Source: Actinomycetes bacterium (lineage in GTDB: Bacteria; Actinomycetota; Acidimicrobiia; IMCC26256; JANYLB01). Taken from it: DNA of 64,000 nt. The stretch is from positions 1,581 through 65,580 of the forward strand of contig JANYLB010000025.1 in assembly GCA_025363815.1 (NCBI GenBank), read 5' to 3'. Below are positions 46,258-55,530 of this stretch, piece after piece. The translations under genes were made by a program, and so were the position numbers. Each line of letters starts with the position of its first letter. The stretch's first letter is position 1. Under the pieces are notes generated by a model. That model was not told where the DNA came from and searched no databases. It was given only the letters and a program-made list of their open reading frames with translations.

Positions 46258-46764
46258 ATGAACGCCAGCCCATTCCGTCTCTCCATAGCGGACCTCCTGC
46301 ATCACCCCGCGTCGCGACGCGAGGTGCGCGTCGAGGTGGCCGGGCTCGAGCACGCGCAAGTCGGCACGACGCGCCTCGACCCTGAGGTGCCACTCGTGAC
46401 CGAGGTGCTCCTGGAGCGGATCCCCGACGGAATGGTCGTGCGGGGCCGAGTCCACGGTCGCTGGACTGCGCCCTGCGTCAGGTGTCTCACCGAGGTCGGC
46501 GGCGCACTCGACAGCCCGATCTCGGAGCTGTTCGAGGCCGAGCCGCTCGAGGGTGAGACCTACGGTCTCGACGGCGACGAGATCGATCTCGAGATCGCCG
46601 TGCGTGACGCGGTGCTTCTCGAGCTACCCGTGGCGCCCCGATGCCGCGACGAGTGCTCCGGGCTCTGCCCGGTATGCGGCATCGACCGCAACGACACCGT
46701 GTGCGACTGCGATCCCAATCCACCCGACCCGCGCTGGGATGCCCTGCGCGAGTTGCAGATCTGA
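46258..46764 (+). CDS. YceD/DUF177 family protein
   Basis: ORF 46156..46764 with the start at ATG 46258. It has the C-terminal Cys cluster CRDECSGLCPVCGIDRN and lies immediately upstream of rpmF. Confidence 0.85.
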   Translation: MNASPFRLSIADLLHHPASRREVRVEVAGLEHAQVGTTRLDPEVPLVTEVLLERIPDGMVVRGRVHGRWTAPCVRCLTEVGGALDSPISELFEAEPLEGETYGLDGDEIDLEIAVRDAVLLELPVAPRCRDECSGLCPVCGIDRNDTVCDCDPNPPDPRWDALRELQI

Positions 46765-46780
46765 AACGCAAGGAGAGGTA

Positions 46781-46960
46781 ATGGCCGTCCCGAAGCGCAA
46801 GACCCCCCGAGCCAAGACGCGCACCCGTCGCGCGTCGAACTGGCGGCTCGAGGCACCGGCCCGCTCGCTGTGCCCCAACTGCGGCGCGGTGAAGCTGCCC
46901 CACGTCGTGTGCGGCAACTGCGGCTGGTACCGAGGCCGCCAGGCCGTCGAGGTCGATTAG
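46781..46960 (+). CDS. rpmF: 50S ribosomal protein L32
   Basis: MAVPKRKTPRAKTRTRRA...CPNCG...CGNCGWY. Confidence 0.95.
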   Translation: MAVPKRKTPRAKTRTRRASNWRLEAPARSLCPNCGAVKLPHVVCGNCGWYRGRQAVEVD

Positions 46961-47046
46961 CACTGCCTCTCCTGATGCGGAGCGAACGGGTTGCCACGCG
47001 ACGACGGTCCGGTCCCGTCGTCGCGGAGTGAGCGAGACAAGTCGAG

Positions 47047-48072
47047 ATGAGACGCGCCTGCACGGTTGCGGTCGACGCCATGGGCGGCGACCGGGCACCC
47101 GGCGAGATCGTCGCGGGCGCCCTTAAGGCTGCCGACGAGCTCGGTGTCGGAGTGCTTCTCGTGGGCCGTCCCGACGCGATCAGACCCTTTCTCCCCACGG
47201 GTGGGCCGCCCCAAGGTGTCGAGGTCGTCGCCGCGGACGAGGTCATCTCGATGCACGACGATCCGGCAGCGTCGGTGCGCACCAAGAAAGACTCTTCTCT
47301 TGCCCGGGCGGCTGAAGCCGTCAGCGACGGTCGTGCCCAGGCGATGGTCGGAGCCGGCAACACGGGCGCGACGATGGCGAGCGCGCTGCTCCGCTGGGGA
47401 CGCATCAAAGGGGTCGCCCGGCCGGGGATCGCGGTTCCGATCCCCGTGCCCGGCTCGCACCCTCAGATCCTGATCGACGGCGGAGCCACGGTCGACTGCG
47501 ACCCGGAGTGGTTGTGCCAGTTCGCGCGCATGGGCAGCGAGTACGCACGAGCGCGCTTCGGAATCTCGGCACCCACGATCGGTCTGCTCTCGAACGGCGA
47601 AGAGGCAGGCAAGGGTGACGACCTCCGTAAACGCGCGCACCAATTGATCTCGGCTCTTCCCGGTTTCGTCGGCAACGTCGAGGGCAGCGACCTCATGGCG
47701 GCCCGCCCTGATGTCGTTGTAACCGATGGTTTCACCGGCAACGTCGCGCTCAAGACGCTCGAAGGTGCACTCCGCCAGGTCGCGGGTCTGGTGTTTGGGG
47801 TGCTCGAGTCGAATCCGGCCGCCAAGGAAGCGGGGACTGTGGTTGCACCGTTGCTTCTCGACGCGGCCGCGCAGCTCGATCCCGAGGCGACTGGGGGAGC
47901 CGTGCTGCTCGGCGTCCGCGGCGTGTGCGTCATCTCCCACGGCTCTTCGTCGGCGCGCGCGATCGTGAACGCGATCAAGGTCGCTGCCGATTGCGTGCAC
48001 GCCGATATCGTCGGGCGAATTGCGAACGCCGCCAGTGGGGCCGTCAGTGGGGTCGGCACCGATGCCGGCTGA
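47047..48072 (+). CDS. plsX: Phosphate acyltransferase
   Basis: VAVDAMGGDRAP, SGNTGA-like GAGNTGA, and DGFTGNVALK. Confidence 0.95.
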   Translation: MRRACTVAVDAMGGDRAPGEIVAGALKAADELGVGVLLVGRPDAIRPFLPTGGPPQGVEVVAADEVISMHDDPAASVRTKKDSSLARAAEAVSDGRAQAMVGAGNTGATMASALLRWGRIKGVARPGIAVPIPVPGSHPQILIDGGATVDCDPEWLCQFARMGSEYARARFGISAPTIGLLSNGEEAGKGDDLRKRAHQLISALPGFVGNVEGSDLMAARPDVVVTDGFTGNVALKTLEGALRQVAGLVFGVLESNPAAKEAGTVVAPLLLDAAAQLDPEATGGAVLLGVRGVCVISHGSSSARAIVNAIKVAADCVHADIVGRIANAASGAVSGVGTDAG

Positions 48073-48394
48073 GACCCACGTCGGTCGTGACCAGGTCGGC
48101 CCCGAAGACGTCGTGCGCTGCGTCCGATTCAACACGGCCGAGGTGCTTGAGCTCCACGATGTCGATGTCGACCTCGGCGCGCGGTTGGTCGACGACTTGG
48201 GTGCCGACGAGCTTGGGCTCATCGATCTCGTCGATGCGATCGAAGAGGAGCTCGGCGAGCGAACTGTCGGCTTCGCGATCGACGACGAAGATCTCGCCGA
48301 TGTCGCGACCGTGGGCGATCTGGTCGAGGTCGTTTTGGCTCGGCTCGAACGTGCCCAGGGTCAGTCGGAGAAGGGCCAGGCCGACGGTGAGTGA
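48062..48394 (+). CDS. Acyl-carrier-protein-like protein lacking the phosphopantetheine-attachment serine
   Basis: ORF 48020..48394 with ATG 48062. LVDDLGADELGLIDLVDAIEEELG aligns with the ACP helix II motif [20 protein letters not shown] but has Glu in place of Ser. It overlaps plsX by 11 nt and rnc by 8 nt. Confidence 0.6.
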   Translation: MPAETHVGRDQVGPEDVVRCVRFNTAEVLELHDVDVDLGARLVDDLGADELGLIDLVDAIEEELGERTVGFAIDDEDLADVATVGDLVEVVLARLERAQGQSEKGQADGE

Positions 48395-49118
48395 CCTGTC
48401 GGTGGAGCTCGGCTTCGAGTTCCGCGACCCGGAGCTGCTCGCGCTCGCGTTGTCTCACCGGTCCTACTGCGCTGAGCATTCCGCGGTCGAGTCGAACGAA
48501 CGGCTCGAGTTCCTGGGCGACGCAGTGCTCGGTCTCGTGGTCACCGACTACATGTACCGCCGCTACCCGTTGCTCCCCGAGGGCGAGCTGGCCAAGATCC
48601 GCGCGTCGGTGGTGAACGCTGAGGTGCTGGCCGAAGTCGCCGTGGAGATCGACCTCGGGTCCGCGCTTCGTTTGGGAAAAGGCGAGGACGCGTCGGGTGG
48701 ACGGGCCAAGACTTCGATCCTCTGTGACGCGCTCGAAGCGGTGATCGCCGCGGTCTATCTCGACGGTGGCTGGGAGACCGCGGAGCGGGTTGTGCTCGCA
48801 CTGTTCGAGGCGAGAATCGATGAAAGCGCAGAGGGCCCGGGCGAGCGTGACTACAAGAGCCTCCTGCAGGAGCTCGCGGCACGCCGTTACGAGCGGTTGC
48901 CGCGCTACCAGGTGCGCGATGAAGGTCCCGACCACGCCAAGCAGTTCTTCGCGACCGTGTTGGTCGGAGGGGTAGAGCGCGGCGTTGGCGAAGGTCGGTC
49001 GAAGAAGCATGCAGAACAGGCGGCCGCAGCGGCTGCCTGGGCGTGGTTGCGAAACCACGACACCGCCGATGTCGTCGGCACCAATGGGCTGGGGGGACAA
49101 GATGCCGGAGTTGCCTGA
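48387..49118 (+). CDS. rnc: Ribonuclease III
   Basis: ORF 47925..49118 with the start at GTG 48387. It has the NERLEFLGDAVL signature and a C-terminal dsRBD. Confidence 0.95.
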   Translation: MSDLSVELGFEFRDPELLALALSHRSYCAEHSAVESNERLEFLGDAVLGLVVTDYMYRRYPLLPEGELAKIRASVVNAEVLAEVAVEIDLGSALRLGKGEDASGGRAKTSILCDALEAVIAAVYLDGGWETAERVVLALFEARIDESAEGPGERDYKSLLQELAARRYERLPRYQVRDEGPDHAKQFFATVLVGGVERGVGEGRSKKHAEQAAAAAAWAWLRNHDTADVVGTNGLGGQDAGVA

Positions 49119-49944
49119 AGTGGAGGTCGTGCGCCGAGATCTCGAGAAGGAGGTCGTTGGCAAGCGGATCAAGGGGGCGGAGGTCACGGGCAGCATGCGC
49201 GCGGTGCGCCGTCACCGTCAGCGCAAGCAGTTCACTGCTCCGCTCGAAGGTCAGAAGATCACGAAGGTCGAGCGGCGCGGGAAGTACCTCGTCATCGCGC
49301 TCGACAGCGGCGATGTTCTCGTGGTGCACCTCGGCATGTCGGGCCAGCTCCGGCGAGCGAAGAGCGCCCGCGAAGCGACTCTGAAACACACCCACGTCGT
49401 GATCACCTTCACGCAGGGAGGCCAGCTTCGCTTCGTCGACCCCCGGACGTTCGGCGAGATGTTCGTCACCCACGCCGATGACATCGAGAAGGAGGTCGAG
49501 GAGCTTGCGCACCTCGGCTACGACCCGTTCGAGACGGCGGTCTCGTGGGACTACTTCGGTGAGATGCTGCGGGCCCGCAAGACCAAGCTCAAGGCGCTGC
49601 TCATGGACCAGAAGTTCATGGCCGGCATCGGCAACATCTACAGCGACGAGATCCTATTCACCGCCGGCCTGCGGTACGACCGCATGAGCGACTCGTTGTC
49701 GTCGTCGGAGATCCGCCGGCTGTACCGCGCGATCAGCGAGGTGCTCCAGGACGCGGTGAAATACCGGGGTTCTTCGCTCGCGGACGAGCAGTACGTCGAC
49801 CTGTTCGGTGAACCCGGCCAGTACCAGCTCCATCACAAGGTTTATGCCCGCGAGGGCGAGGCCTGCCGCCGTTGTCGCCGGCCCATCGCACGCACCAAGG
49901 TCGGCGGGCGTTCCACCTTCTACTGCGTCGCCTGCCAGGTGTGA
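49102..49944 (+). CDS. mutM: Formamidopyrimidine-DNA glycosylase
   Basis: MPELPEVE N-terminus, H2TH, and a C-terminal zinc finger CRRC..CVAC. Confidence 0.95.
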   Translation: MPELPEVEVVRRDLEKEVVGKRIKGAEVTGSMRAVRRHRQRKQFTAPLEGQKITKVERRGKYLVIALDSGDVLVVHLGMSGQLRRAKSAREATLKHTHVVITFTQGGQLRFVDPRTFGEMFVTHADDIEKEVEELAHLGYDPFETAVSWDYFGEMLRARKTKLKALLMDQKFMAGIGNIYSDEILFTAGLRYDRMSDSLSSSEIRRLYRAISEVLQDAVKYRGSSLADEQYVDLFGEPGQYQLHHKVYAREGEACRRCRRPIARTKVGGRSTFYCVACQV

Positions 49945-50223
49945 ATGGGTGAGGGCGACGTCCGGCGCCGGATCGTGATCTCGGGCCGGGTGCAGGGGGT
50001 GTGGTTCCGGGAGTCGTGCCGGGGCCAGGCCATTGCCCTGGGAGTCGCCGGGTGGGTTCGCAACCGCGCCGACGGCACGGTCGAGGGTGTGTTCGAAGGC
50101 CCACTGGCCGCGGTGGAACGGCTCGTGACCTGGTGCCTGGCCGGCCCGTCGCAGGCTCGGGTCGATGCCGTGGCGACGACGGACGAGACCCCGGTGGGAG
50201 TCAGCGGATTTCGCGTGCGCTGA
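49945..50223 (+). CDS. acyP: Acylphosphatase
   Basis: ISGRVQGVWFR and GWVRNRADGTVE. Confidence 0.9.
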   Translation: MGEGDVRRRIVISGRVQGVWFRESCRGQAIALGVAGWVRNRADGTVEGVFEGPLAAVERLVTWCLAGPSQARVDAVATTDETPVGVSGFRVR

Positions 50224-50288
50224 TCCCTCTACCTACCTCGTCTGATCGCTACGCTCGACCGGTCCCATAGACGACGGCAAGGATCTCC

Positions 50289-53276
50289 GTGTTCCTCAAG
50301 TCACTGACCCTCCGGGGGTTCAAGTCTTTCGCCGACAAGACCGTGCTCGACTTCGAGCCGGGGGTGACGGTCGTCGTCGGTCCCAACGGCTCCGGAAAGT
50401 CGAACCTCGTCGACGCGGTCGCGTGGGTGCTCGGCGCGCAGGGCGCGCGGTCGTTGCGGGGCACGAAGATGGACGATGTCATCTTCGCCGGCACGTCGGA
50501 CCGAGCCGCGTTGGGTCGGGCCGAGGTGTCGCTCACGATCGACAACACCTCGGGCATGTTGCCCATCGAGTTTTCAGAGGTGACCATCACCAGGTTGCTG
50601 TTCCGCACCGGCGAGTCGGAGTACCGGCTCAACGGCGCGCCGTGCCGGCTGCTCGACATCCAGGAGATGCTCTCGGATACCGGAATCGGCCGGCAGCAGC
50701 ACGTGATCGTCGGACAGGGCCAGCTCGACCAGGTACTGAACTCCCGTCCGGAAGATCGGCGGGCCATCATCGAGGAAGCAGCCGGAATCCTGAAGTACCG
50801 GAAGCGTCGCGAGAAGGCCGAGCGCCGCCTCGAGGCGACCGAAGGAAGTCTGCTGCGCCTGAACGATCTGCTGCGCGAGGTTCGGCGCGGCCTGTCGCCG
50901 TTGCAGCGCCAAGCCGATGCCGCGCGCCGCCACGGCGGACTCGAGGAAGAGGCTCGCGCCATCCGGTTGCACCTCGCCGGCCACGAGATCGCGGGCCTGG
51001 CGGCTCGTCGCGAACGCTTACAGGAGAAGGGCGTTGGCTTCGGCACCCGCGACCGGGAGATTCGGGCTCGGCTCGGCGAGCTCGACGTGTCGGTCATGGA
51101 TCGCGAAAAGACGGTTTCGCGCCTGGGCGATGACGAGCTGAACGATGCGCTCGTGCGCGCCGGGTCCCTGCGCGAGCGCACGCGTGGTCTCGGCGCCCTG
51201 GTGGCGGAGAAGCGGAGGGGCCTCGAGCGCGAGCTCGCGGCGGCGGCCGACGAAGGCGTCATCGAGACGCTGGTTGCCGATGCCGCCTCTGCGCGTACCG
51301 AGCTCGAAGGCGTGGAGCTCGATGCGGCCGCGCTGGAACAACGTCGGGTTGTCACCGAGGCCGCCGAGGTCGAGCTGGCGGTGCAACGCGCTGCCGCTGC
51401 TGACGCCAGGGCCCGGGCGGAAGCGGTGTTGCGCGAGGCCGAGGACACGCGCCGGGCCGCGGATGCGGAAGCCCATCGCTGGGACGCGCGGTCGGAGGCA
51501 CTCGCTCTCGCACTCGACGAAGCACGCGGCGCGACACGCGCCGAAGCGCTCGAAGGCGTCGACGGCGTGATCGGCCCGCTGGTCGACTACCTCGAGATCG
51601 AGCCTGGAGTCGAAGCCGCGGTCGCGGCTGCGCTCGGTGAGGCCATGCGCGCGGTTGTCGTCGAGCGCGGGCCGGCTGCCCACGCTGCTCTCGCGCGTTT
51701 GAAGGAGGGCGACCTCGACGCCCTGCTTCTCGTTGTCGACGTACAGACGCCCGTGCAGGGTGAGCTCGCTCCGCCCGGGACCCAGCCCCTCGCGAACTAC
51801 GTGCGGGCACTCCGCCCCGATATAGAGGCCGCGTTGGCCAATCTCCTCAAGGGCACGGTTCTCGTCGACGCGCCGTGGAGCAATGCCCTCGACCTCGCGC
51901 TCGCCCGGCCCGAGATCATGATCGTCACTCCGGCCGGCGATCGCTTCGGTGGCCGCGGTCCGTGGCGGGTGGGCGGGAGCGGCGTCAGCGCCGTTACCCA
52001 GGCCGCGCTCGAAGAAGCGCGGGCGCACGCAGAGCTGGCTCGGATCGCCCTGATCGGCGCCGACGCGGCGGTCGGTACGGCACGAGGAGATGTGGTCGCC
52101 ACGGGCCAGAACCTCGACGTCCGCGGCGGCGAGGTGGTCAGGCAGCGTCGCGACCTCGACATGGCGCTTGCCGCGAGCGGCCAACGTCGCCAGATGCTTG
52201 TAGGGCGCTTGGCCGGTGTCGAAGCTCGGCTCGCTGCCCAGGACCCCCAGGCGCAGGCCGATGCCGAGCGGGCTCGCGCCGATCTCGCCCGTCGCGCCGA
52301 GGCGTACGCCCATTTGGCCGATCGACTCGTCGCTCACCGGGCGGCCACAGACGAGATCCACGAACGGGTCCAGGTTCGACGCCGTGCCCGCACGGAGGCC
52401 GCGAGTGCGGCGGGCGCGGAGCTCGACGCGCTCCGGGCCGAGCGGCGTGGGCTCGAAGGTGAGTTGGCCGGCTTGCGGGAGCAGAGCCAACGTCGCGAGG
52501 TCGAGGAGGCCGAGACGAAGATGCGGCTCGAGAATGCCGTGGAGCGTCTGCGCGCCGACTTCGACGTGGAACCGGCGGTCGCCCTCTCCGCGCCCGCGCC
52601 GGAGATGCCGGGCGGGACCACGCTCGCCGGGCGCGCCAGGGAGGTCGAGCGCGAGATCAAGTTGATGGGTCCGATCAACCCGCTGGCGCTGGAGGAGTAC
52701 GAGACGCTGAAGGAGCGTCACGAGTTCCTCCTGGGCCAACTCGAAGATGTGAAGAACTCGCGGCGCGAGCTGAGCCGCGTGATCAAGGCGGTCGACATCG
52801 AGATCGTCGCGGTGTTCGAAAAGGCTTACGCCGACGTCGAGAAGAACTTCACCGCGCTCTTCTCAACGCTCTTCCCGGGTGGTTCGGGCCGGCTGACGTT
52901 GACCGACCCGACCAACATCCTCGACTCCGGCATCGAGATGGAAGCGCGTCCGTCGGGCAAGAACGTGCGCCGGTTGTCGCTGCTCTCGGGTGGTGAACGT
53001 TCGCTCACTGCCTTGGCGTTCCTCTTCGCCGTCTTCCGCGCCCGTCCGTCGCCCTTCTACCTGATGGACGAGGTCGAGGCCGCGCTCGATGACGTCAACC
53101 TCCATCGCTTTCTCGATCTCGTGCACGAGTTCCGCAACGAGGCACAGCTGCTCGTCGTGTCGCACCAGAAGCGCACCATGGAGGCCGCCGACTGCCTCTA
53201 CGGCGTCTCGATGCCCCCCGGGGGGTCGAGCAGGGTCGTGAGCCAGCGCATGAGCAACGAGCTGGCAAACACCTGA
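50289..53276 (+). CDS. smc: Chromosome segregation protein SMC (short, 995 aa)
   Basis: Walker A GPNGSGKSN, a hinge (GPLVDYLEIEPGVEAAVAAALG), the signature LSGGERSLTALAFLFA and Walker B FYLMDEVEAALD. Confidence 0.95.
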   Translation: MFLKSLTLRGFKSFADKTVLDFEPGVTVVVGPNGSGKSNLVDAVAWVLGAQGARSLRGTKMDDVIFAGTSDRAALGRAEVSLTIDNTSGMLPIEFSEVTITRLLFRTGESEYRLNGAPCRLLDIQEMLSDTGIGRQQHVIVGQGQLDQVLNSRPEDRRAIIEEAAGILKYRKRREKAERRLEATEGSLLRLNDLLREVRRGLSPLQRQADAARRHGGLEEEARAIRLHLAGHEIAGLAARRERLQEKGVGFGTRDREIRARLGELDVSVMDREKTVSRLGDDELNDALVRAGSLRERTRGLGALVAEKRRGLERELAAAADEGVIETLVADAASARTELEGVELDAAALEQRRVVTEAAEVELAVQRAAAADARARAEAVLREAEDTRRAADAEAHRWDARSEALALALDEARGATRAEALEGVDGVIGPLVDYLEIEPGVEAAVAAALGEAMRAVVVERGPAAHAALARLKEGDLDALLLVVDVQTPVQGELAPPGTQPLANYVRALRPDIEAALANLLKGTVLVDAPWSNALDLALARPEIMIVTPAGDRFGGRGPWRVGGSGVSAVTQAALEEARAHAELARIALIGADAAVGTARGDVVATGQNLDVRGGEVVRQRRDLDMALAASGQRRQMLVGRLAGVEARLAAQDPQAQADAERARADLARRAEAYAHLADRLVAHRAATDEIHERVQVRRRARTEAASAAGAELDALRAERRGLEGELAGLREQSQRREVEEAETKMRLENAVERLRADFDVEPAVALSAPAPEMPGGTTLAGRAREVEREIKLMGPINPLALEEYETLKERHEFLLGQLEDVKNSRRELSRVIKAVDIEIVAVFEKAYADVEKNFTALFSTLFPGGSGRLTLTDPTNILDSGIEMEARPSGKNVRRLSLLSGGERSLTALAFLFAVFRARPSPFYLMDEVEAALDDVNLHRFLDLVHEFRNEAQLLVVSHQKRTMEAADCLYGVSMPPGGSSRVVSQRMSNELANT

Positions 53277-53319
53277 TCTCCAACCGGGCCGACTTCATCG
53301 ACGATAGGGGCAGCGCACA

Positions 53320-54384
53320 ATGTTGAGCGCGACCTTCGCGGTGGTTTCGGCGTCGTCGGCGGTCGACAAGGTCGCCGCGTGTGGTGTTTCGGGTCAACAG
53401 TCGTGGCTCTGCTCGGTGACCTACGACGTCACCGGGAGCGGACGCACCGCCGAGATCGTCGACCAGTTCTCCGCGCCCCTCCGGATCGTTTTGATCATCG
53501 CGATCGCGTTCATCGTGGTGCGGGTCAGCCGGATGGTGATCCGTCGCGCGGTCAATCGGCTCTCGGCCGACGGCGCCTCCGACAGAATCGACACGATCCG
53601 CCGACGAACCGGCCTTGCCTTCCTGGACACCGGCCCGGTCCCGAGCGTCCGCCGCCGCCTGCGGGCAGAGACCGTCGGCGCGGTGCTCCGGAGCATTGTT
53701 TCGGTGGTCGTGTGGGCGACCGCTCTGCTCATGGTGCTCGGCGAGCTCGGCGTCAACCTGGCCCCGTTCGTGGCCGGAGCAGGGATCCTCGGCGTCGCGA
53801 TCGGCTTTGGCTCCCAGGCACTCGTGCGCGACTTCCTATCGGGCATCTTCATGCTGCTCGAAGACCAGTACGGCGTTGGTGACGTGATCGACGCGGGAGA
53901 GGCCACGGGAACGGTCGAGGGAGTGAGCTTGCGGACGACGCGTCTGCGCGACGTCGCGGGCACGGTGTGGCACATCCCCAACGGGGAGATTCGCCGGGTC
54001 GGCAACATGTCGCAGCAGTGGGCGCGCGCGGTGCTCGATGTAGCGATCACCCCGGGGACCGACGTAGATGCCGCGACGGAGGTGATCCGACGGGTCGCCG
54101 AAGCTGTCGCCCACGATCGTGAGTTTGATCGCGTCGTGCTGGAGGAACCGGAGATCTGGGGGGTCGAGGAGGTCGGACCGGATCGGGTGCTGATCCGCCT
54201 CGTCGTGAAGACGAAGCCGCTCGAGCAGTGGCGGGTCGCACGCGAACTACGAGCGCGGATCAAGCAGGCCTTCGACGCCGAGGGTTACGTCCACCCCTTC
54301 GGCCAGCAGATCATGGTGTTGCCGAACCCACCCGCCGCAAACCCCGACGACCCCATTCCCGAAAAGCCCATTCCCGAAAAGTAG
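53320..54384 (+). CDS. Mechanosensitive ion channel (MscS) family protein
   Basis: TM helices are followed by GFGSQALVRDFLSGIFMLLEDQYGVGD and the beta-domain. Confidence 0.85.
   Translation: MLSATFAVVSASSAVDKVAACGVSGQQSWLCSVTYDVTGSGRTAEIVDQFSAPLRIVLIIAIAFIVVRVSRMVIRRAVNRLSADGASDRIDTIRRRTGLAFLDTGPVPSVRRRLRAETVGAVLRSIVSVVVWATALLMVLGELGVNLAPFVAGAGILGVAIGFGSQALVRDFLSGIFMLLEDQYGVGDVIDAGEATGTVEGVSLRTTRLRDVAGTVWHIPNGEIRRVGNMSQQWARAVLDVAITPGTDVDAATEVIRRVAEAVAHDREFDRVVLEEPEIWGVEEVGPDRVLIRLVVKTKPLEQWRVARELRARIKQAFDAEGYVHPFGQQIMVLPNPPAANPDDPIPEKPIPEK
54352..54381 (+). repeat. Perfect 15-bp tandem duplication at the 3' end of the MscS-family gene
   Basis: CCCATTCCCGAAAAG x2 encodes PIPEK-PIPEK directly before the TAG stop. 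Confidence 0.9.
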
Positions 54385-54396
54385 GCTCTCGGCCTC

Positions 54397-55506
54397 GTGT
54401 CCGAGCTCATCATCGTCCTCATCATCGTCGTTCTCGGCCTGGCCCTCGTCGGCCTCGGCATCGGCGCGTCACGCCGAGCTCGGCGCCACACCGAACAGGT
54501 ATCGCGCGATCTCGGGATCCTCGAGATCAAGCCAGCTGACATTGAGCCACCTGAAATTGACGCCCCGGTGCCGGCCGAGCCGCCGGAGCCTGAGCCGGAA
54601 CGGTTCAAGCCGCGGCTTCGGGATCGTCTCGGCAAGACCCGCGCGGTCTTCGCGGGTGCATTCGGCGGGCTTCTTGGCGGCGGGAACATCGACGATGACA
54701 CCTGGGACGAGCTCGAGGAGGCCCTGATACTCGCCGACGTCGGTGTCCCGACGACGACCCGTATCCTCGACGATGTAAAGGCCCGGGTCGCGGCCGACAA
54801 GATCACGACTGTCGACGGTGTGTCGGGCGTACTGCAAGCGGAGATTGCGAGCCTGCTCGAGGCGGGGAGCCGCACGCTCGTGTGCCCGACCGGCGAGATG
54901 AACGTATGGATGTTCGTCGGGGTGAACGGCGTCGGCAAGACGACCACGATCGCCAAGCTCGCTCAGCGCGAGACCGCGCAAGGTCGCACCGTTGTTCTGG
55001 CCGCGGCCGACACCTTCCGTGCGGCGGCGGCCGAGCAGCTCGGCACCTGGGCTGAGCGCGTCGGCGCCGACCTCGTGCGGGGTCAGCAAGGCGCGGATCC
55101 TGGTTCGGTGGTGTTCGACGCGATGAGCGCGGCTCTGAGTCGATCAGCCGATCTCGTGCTGGTCGACACGGCAGGGCGGATGCACACGAAGGTGAACCTG
55201 ATGGAGGAGCTGAAGAAGCTCCGTCGCATCGTCGAACGCACCCCCGGCGCCCTCAAGGAGGTGCTGCTCGTCGTCGACGCGTCGACGGGTCAGAACGGGC
55301 TCGCGCAGGCGCGCAACTTCGCCGAGGCCGTAGACGTGACCGGAATCGTGCTCACGAAGCTCGATGGCACCGCCAAGGGTGGAATCGTGTTGGCGATTCA
55401 GGCCGAGCTCGGGATCCCCGTGAAGGTGGTCGGTGTGGGCGAGACGGCCGACGACCTCGTCATGTTCGACCCGACGGAGTTCGTCGCGGCGCTCTTCGAC
55501 GCCTGA
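54397..55506 (+). CDS. ftsY: Signal recognition particle receptor FtsY
   Basis: N-terminal TM helix, NG domain GVNGVGKTTT, DTAGR, and TKLDGTAKGG. Confidence 0.95.
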   Translation: MSELIIVLIIVVLGLALVGLGIGASRRARRHTEQVSRDLGILEIKPADIEPPEIDAPVPAEPPEPEPERFKPRLRDRLGKTRAVFAGAFGGLLGGGNIDDDTWDELEEALILADVGVPTTTRILDDVKARVAADKITTVDGVSGVLQAEIASLLEAGSRTLVCPTGEMNVWMFVGVNGVGKTTTIAKLAQRETAQGRTVVLAAADTFRAAAAEQLGTWAERVGADLVRGQQGADPGSVVFDAMSAALSRSADLVLVDTAGRMHTKVNLMEELKKLRRIVERTPGALKEVLLVVDASTGQNGLAQARNFAEAVDVTGIVLTKLDGTAKGGIVLAIQAELGIPVKVVGVGETADDLVMFDPTEFVAALFDA

Positions 55507-55520
55507 TCCCGGTAACGGGA
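55507..55520. terminator. Small GTAA-tetraloop hairpin between convergent ftsY and esterase genes
   Basis: TCCCG-GTAA-CGGGA lies directly after the ftsY stop. Confidence 0.3.
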
Positions 55521-55530
55521 TGGGCTCGGC

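Noticed and set aside
50249-51448. A 399-aa Ser/Ala/Arg-rich minus-strand ORF inside smc
   Set aside because: It is the mirror image of the Glu/Ala/Leu/Arg-rich SMC coiled-coil codons and shows no independent coding signal. The other long antisense ORFs in gltB (5710..7059, 4384..5709) are rejected for the same reason.
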